Source: Candidatus Fervidifonticultor secundus
GTDB lineage: Bacteria; Sysuimicrobiota; Sysuimicrobiia; Sysuimicrobiales; Humicultoraceae
Assembly: GCA_031459385.1 (NCBI GenBank)
Contig: JAVKIP010000007.1
Span: 1 to 64,000, forward strand
Direction of reading: 5' to 3'
DNA length: 64,000 nucleotides
Shown here: positions 59,879-64,000 of the stretch, one piece after another
How the letters are laid out: the number at the start of each line of letters is the position of its first letter
Position numbering within the stretch: position 1 is the first letter of the stretch
Program-made: the position numbers and the translations under genes
Notes under the pieces: generated by a model
The model's database searches: none
What the model was told of the DNA's origin: nothing
The model's input: only the letters and a program-made list of their open reading frames with translations

Positions 59879-62800
59879 GTGCAACTCCGGCGCCTCGAGC
59901 TGATAGGGTTCAAGACGTTCGTCACCCGCACGGAGCTCGAGTTCCATCCGGGTGTCACGGCCATCGTCGGCCCCAACGGCAGCGGGAAGAGCAACATCTT
60001 CGATGCGATCCGCTGGGCGCTGGGCGAGACCAACGCGCGGCTGCTGCGCGGCGGCCGTATGGACGACCTGATCTTCTCCGGGAGCGCCGGCCGCAAGCCG
60101 CACGGGATCGCCCAGGTGTCGCTGACACTGGACAACGGTGCCGGCTTGTTGCCGCTGGAGTTCAGCGAGATCACCGTGACCCGCGCGGTCACCCGCGGCG
60201 GGGAGGGACGCTGCGCCATCAACGGCGTCGACTGTCGGCTGCGGGACGTGCAGATGCTCTTCCTCGGGACGGGCCTGGGCGGCCGGTCGTACGCGCTGAT
60301 CGGGCAGGGCGAGGTCGACGCCGTGCTGCGCGCCACGCCGGTGGAGCGCCGGCAGTGGCTCGAGGAGGCGGCCGGGCTCGCCCGGCACAAGCGCCAGCGC
60401 GTGGAAGCCGAGCGGCGCCTGGCCCATGCCCAGGCGCACCTGGAGCGGCTCACGGACGTCGCCGCAGAGCTGGATGCGCAGCAGCAGGCGCTGGCGGCGC
60501 AGGCCGCGGCCGCCGCGCGCCACGCGAGCCTCACGGAGGAGGTACGGGACCTCGAGCTGGCGCTGTTCGCCGACGAGGCCCGGCGGCTGCTGGCCGCGGT
60601 CCGCCGGCTCGGCGCCCAGGTCGCTGCCGAACGCGACGCGCAGGCGGCCGCCGCTCGGCGGCAGGCCGCCGCGGCCGCCGCAGTCGCCCAGGCTGAGACC
60701 GCCCTGGCAGAGGCGACGGCGGCGTTCGAGCGCGGGCAGGCGACGCTGCTGGAGGGCGCCGAGCAGGTGACCCGACTGGCCATGGACGCGCAGGCCCTGG
60801 CCGCGCGGGCCGACGCGCTGCGCGCCGGGCACGACCACCTGGCCGACGAGGGGGCGCGGCTTGGGGCGGCGCTGGAACGCCTGCACGCAGAGACCGCGGC
60901 CCTCGAGCAGGAGGCCGCGGCCGGTCAGGACGAGCGCCAGCAGCTGACGGCGGTGGTGGCGGCGGCCGAGGCCGCCCTGGCCGCCGCGCACGATGCCGTA
61001 GCGCAGAGCCAGACGAGGCTCGGTGCCGTCCGCGACGAGGTCGCAGAGGTGGTGCGCTCGCTGGCACAGGCCCGGCGCGACCTGGCCGCGGCGAAGGCGC
61101 GGGCGGCCGTGCTGGACCAGTCGGCGGAGGCTGCGGCCGAGAAGGCGCGCGCCGTGCGGGAGGCGGCCCGGCGCGCAGAGGAGGACCGCGACGCGGCGCA
61201 GGACGCCGTGGTCCGGGCCCGGGCGGCGGCCGCGGCGGCCGCCGACCAGGTGACGGCCGCGGCAGCGGTCCTGGAGGCCCGGCGCGCGGAGTGGGCGGCG
61301 CTCATCGAGCAGGTGCACGAGGTCGAGCTGGAGGAGCACCGGCTGCGGGCACGCCTCGCATCCATCGAGGAGGCACACCGGGAGCTCGTCGGGCTCGACG
61401 AGGGCGCGCGTGCGATCCTGCTCGCGGCTCGCGACCACCCCGGCCGGTTTCCCGGCCTGCGTGGCGCGGTGGCCGAACTGGTGGACGCGCCCGAGGACCT
61501 GCGGCCGGCGATCACCGCAGCGTTGGGCCGCCGTCTGCACTGTCTGGTCGTTGAGCGCCGCGACCAGATCCAGGCCGTGCTCGACTTCCTGTCCGCCGAC
61601 GGCCCGCGCGCCGCGACGATCGTGGCCCTCGAGGATCTGCGGCCCGTGCCGGGCCGGGCCCGGGGCACGAACGGACCGTACGAGGGCCTGCACGCAGCCG
61701 CCGCCGTCCGGCCCGCAGACGGCCACGAGGAGCTGGCCCGGCGGCTGGCAGAGGCGCTGCTGGGCGACGTGGTCGTCGTGGACGACCTGGAAGCCGCGTG
61801 GCGGCTCGTCGCCGGGGGCTTCGAGGGCCGTGCGGCGACTCGAGACGGCCTGCTGGTGGAGCCCGACGGCGTCCTCTCCCTGGGCGGCTGGCCCGCGGGC
61901 GAGCTGGCCCCGCTCGGCCGCGGCCAGGCCATTGCGATGCTGCGGCAGACGCTGGCGGAGATCGAGCGCACGCGGCTCGAGCTCGTCGTACGCCGGGCGG
62001 CGGCAGCCGAGCGCGTCCGCGAGGCCGATGAGGGGCTGGAGCGGGCGCGCGCCGCGGTCGAGCGCGCCCAGGCGGCAGCCTTCGAGCGCACGCAGCAGCT
62101 CGAGCGTCTCGCGACAGCGGCGAGCCGCTTGCAGGCCGAGGCGCAGGTCCTCGAGGACGAGCGCGGTTCGCGCGACGACGAACGCAGGCGCCTGGCGGCC
62201 CAGGTGCAGGGGCTGGAAGCAGACGCCACGCGGCTCGAGGACGAAGCGCGCCGGCTGGAGGCGCTGCAGGCCGCCCTGGAGGCGGACGGCGCGCGGGCGG
62301 CTGCCGCGTACGAGATGGCGGCGGCAGACCTCCAGGCCGCGCGCTTGCGGATGGCCGAGGCCGAGGGACGCGTGCAGGCGCTGCGCGCGCGCGTGGCCGA
62401 CCGGCGGGCGAGCGCCGTAGAGATCGAGCGCCGCCTCCAGGAGATCGAGACGGCGCAGCAGGAAGCCGCGCAGGCCGTGGCCGAGGTCGAGCAGCGCCGG
62501 CGGGCGGCCGCAGCCGCGCACGACGCGCTGCTGGCGAGCCAGGCTGCCGCCAAGGCCGACCTCGAGCGCCTCCAGGCCGAGCGTGGCGCGCTGCGCGAGG
62601 CGTTGCGCGAGCTCGGGCCGGTGAACCTGCGCGCGGCCGACGAACACGCCGCGGTGACCGCGCGCCTGGACGCTCTGCGGGCCCAGATCGACGACCTGCG
62701 CGAGGCGTCGGCGCTGCTGCGGGACGTCATCGGCCAGATCAACGCCGCACTGCGCGTGCGCTTCCGCCAGACCTTCGAGGACGTGAACGCCGAGTTCGGC

Positions 62801-63280
62801 CGCCTGTTCCAGCGCCTGTTCCAGGGTGGGGGCGGGCAGCTGGAGCTCGTGGAGAGCGACGACGGCGGCGAACCGGGCCTGGAGGTGATCGCCCAGCTGC
62901 CAGGCAAGATGCGCCGGCCGCTGGTGGCGCTCTCGGGCGGCGAACGGGTGCTGGTGGCGCTGGCGCTGATCTTCGCCATGCTGCGCGTCCACCCCAGCCC
63001 CTTCTGCATCTTCGACGAGGTCGAGGCGGCGCTCGACGACGTCAACACTGGGCGGTTCGTGACGCTGTTGCGGGACCTGGCCGAGCGGACCCAGGTCCTG
63101 ATCATCACGCACAACAAGGGGACGATGGCCTGCGCCGACGTCCTCTACGGGGTGACGATGCAGGAGCCGGGCATCTCGTCGCTGGTCTCGGTGCGGCTCG
63201 TGCCGCCGCCCAACGGCCAGTCGGCCCCGGAGTACCCGCAGGAGCCGGCCCGCGAGCCGGTGGCGGCCCCGGGCGACTGA
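59879..63280 (+). CDS. smc: Chromosome segregation protein SMC
   Basis: GFKTF, GPNGSGKSN, EEAAG, hinge, LGPVN, LSGGE, DEVEAALD, ITH. Confidence 0.96.
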   Translation: MQLRRLELIGFKTFVTRTELEFHPGVTAIVGPNGSGKSNIFDAIRWALGETNARLLRGGRMDDLIFSGSAGRKPHGIAQVSLTLDNGAGLLPLEFSEITVTRAVTRGGEGRCAINGVDCRLRDVQMLFLGTGLGGRSYALIGQGEVDAVLRATPVERRQWLEEAAGLARHKRQRVEAERRLAHAQAHLERLTDVAAELDAQQQALAAQAAAAARHASLTEEVRDLELALFADEARRLLAAVRRLGAQVAAERDAQAAAARRQAAAAAAVAQAETALAEATAAFERGQATLLEGAEQVTRLAMDAQALAARADALRAGHDHLADEGARLGAALERLHAETAALEQEAAAGQDERQQLTAVVAAAEAALAAAHDAVAQSQTRLGAVRDEVAEVVRSLAQARRDLAAAKARAAVLDQSAEAAAEKARAVREAARRAEEDRDAAQDAVVRARAAAAAAADQVTAAAAVLEARRAEWAALIEQVHEVELEEHRLRARLASIEEAHRELVGLDEGARAILLAARDHPGRFPGLRGAVAELVDAPEDLRPAITAALGRRLHCLVVERRDQIQAVLDFLSADGPRAATIVALEDLRPVPGRARGTNGPYEGLHAAAAVRPADGHEELARRLAEALLGDVVVVDDLEAAWRLVAGGFEGRAATRDGLLVEPDGVLSLGGWPAGELAPLGRGQAIAMLRQTLAEIERTRLELVVRRAAAAERVREADEGLERARAAVERAQAAAFERTQQLERLATAASRLQAEAQVLEDERGSRDDERRRLAAQVQGLEADATRLEDEARRLEALQAALEADGARAAAAYEMAAADLQAARLRMAEAEGRVQALRARVADRRASAVEIERRLQEIETAQQEAAQAVAEVEQRRRAAAAAHDALLASQAAAKADLERLQAERGALREALRELGPVNLRAADEHAAVTARLDALRAQIDDLREASALLRDVIGQINAALRVRFRQTFEDVNAEFGRLFQRLFQGGGGQLELVESDDGGEPGLEVIAQLPGKMRRPLVALSGGERVLVALALIFAMLRVHPSPFCIFDEVEAALDDVNTGRFVTLLRDLAERTQVLIITHNKGTMACADVLYGVTMQEPGISSLVSVRLVPPPNGQSAPEYPQEPAREPVAAPGD

Positions 63281-63297
63281 CGGAGCGGGGCGGGCAC

Positions 63298-64000
63298 GTG
63301 CAGGACCGCCCGGGCTGGTTCGGCCGGCTGCGGCAGACCCTGGCGCGGACCCGGGAGGTGCTCGGCGCACGCGTCGAGGCCCTGCTGGCCGGCCCGCTCG
63401 ACCCCGCGTTCTACGACGAGCTGGAAGAACTCCTCGTCCAGGCGGATCTCGGCGTGCCCCTGGCCCGCGTCGTCGTCGACGATCTGCGCGCGCGGACGGC
63501 CGGGGCGGCGCCGCAGGCGATCAGGGCAGCGCTGGCCGACATCCTGCGGGACCGGCTCGGGCCGCCCGGGCGGCTGCAGCTCGAGCCTACCCCCGCCGTG
63601 GTACTCGTGCTAGGCGTGAACGGGTCGGGGAAGACTACGACGATCGGCAAACTGGCGCACCGGCTGGAGCGAGAGGGCCGCCGCGTGCTGCTGGCTGCGG
63701 CCGACACGTTCCGCGCTGCGGCCATCGACCAGCTGGAGGCCTGGGCGGCCCGGGTCGGTGTGCCTGTGATCCGCCACCGAGAGGGCGCCGACCCGGCCGC
63801 GGTGGTCTTCGATGCCGCGCAGGCCGCGCAGGCCCGCCACGTCGACGTGCTGATCGTCGACACCGCCGGCCGGCTGCACACCAAGGTCAACCTCATGGAG
63901 GAGCTCAAGAAGATCGACCGGGTCGTGGCGCGGGCGCTGCCCGGCTCACCCGTGGAGCGCCTGCTCGTCCTGGACGCGACCACGGGCCAGAACGGGCTGG
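63298..64000 (+). CDS. ftsY: SRP receptor FtsY (runs off the window end)
   Basis: [54 protein letters not shown]. Confidence 0.95.
   Translation, partial: MQDRPGWFGRLRQTLARTREVLGARVEALLAGPLDPAFYDELEELLVQADLGVPLARVVVDDLRARTAGAAPQAIRAALADILRDRLGPPGRLQLEPTPAVVLVLGVNGSGKTTTIGKLAHRLEREGRRVLLAAADTFRAAAIDQLEAWAARVGVPVIRHREGADPAAVVFDAAQAAQARHVDVLIVDTAGRLHTKVNLMEELKKIDRVVARALPGSPVERLLVLDATTGQNGL

Noticed and set aside
58565..63370. Very long antisense and alternative-frame ORFs (1601 aa here, 1132 aa opposite ileS, and many others)
   Set aside because: Shadow ORFs caused by high GC3 codon bias opposite or within clear genes.

Overview
Very GC-rich bacterial core-genome segment with Terrabacteria/Firmicutes-like synteny (Armatimonadota/CSP1-3-like lineage is a guess). 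Nearly all genes lie on the + strand. The order is: decayed IS481 remnant, an orphan immunity-like gene, about 650 bp of structured non-coding DNA with an internal duplication, then the dcw cluster (mraZ rsmH ftsL ftsI murE murF mraY murD ftsW murG murC murB ftsQ ftsA ftsZ). Next come an M50 protease, a NatB-like permease, nrdR-nrdJ, phnDCE, pgeF-yggS-sepF, mtnA, glycolipid glycosyltransferases and T-box-ileS(type 2)-racemase. Then dksA-like-lspA-lgt-rluD-pyrR, rqcH (minus strand), yicC-remA-archaeal-type cmk-priA-def-fmt-peptidase-rsmB-rlmN-pknB-rpe-HDAC, rpsA, tRNA-Pro(CGG), GT4, smc and partial ftsY. The most notable observations are the unexplained structured region at 1545-2160 and a recurring AGG-N18-GAAT sigma-H-like promoter motif before mraZ, ftsA, yggS-sepF, a GT4 gene and rpsA. 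Also notable are a near-consensus promoter driving a hairpin RNA after pyrR, a strongly divergent MurD, an IleRS2 with a swapped GIHH motif, an archaeal-type Cmk in the gmk slot and a helicase-degenerate PriA. Gene calls rest on motifs recognised by eye; no database searches were run.
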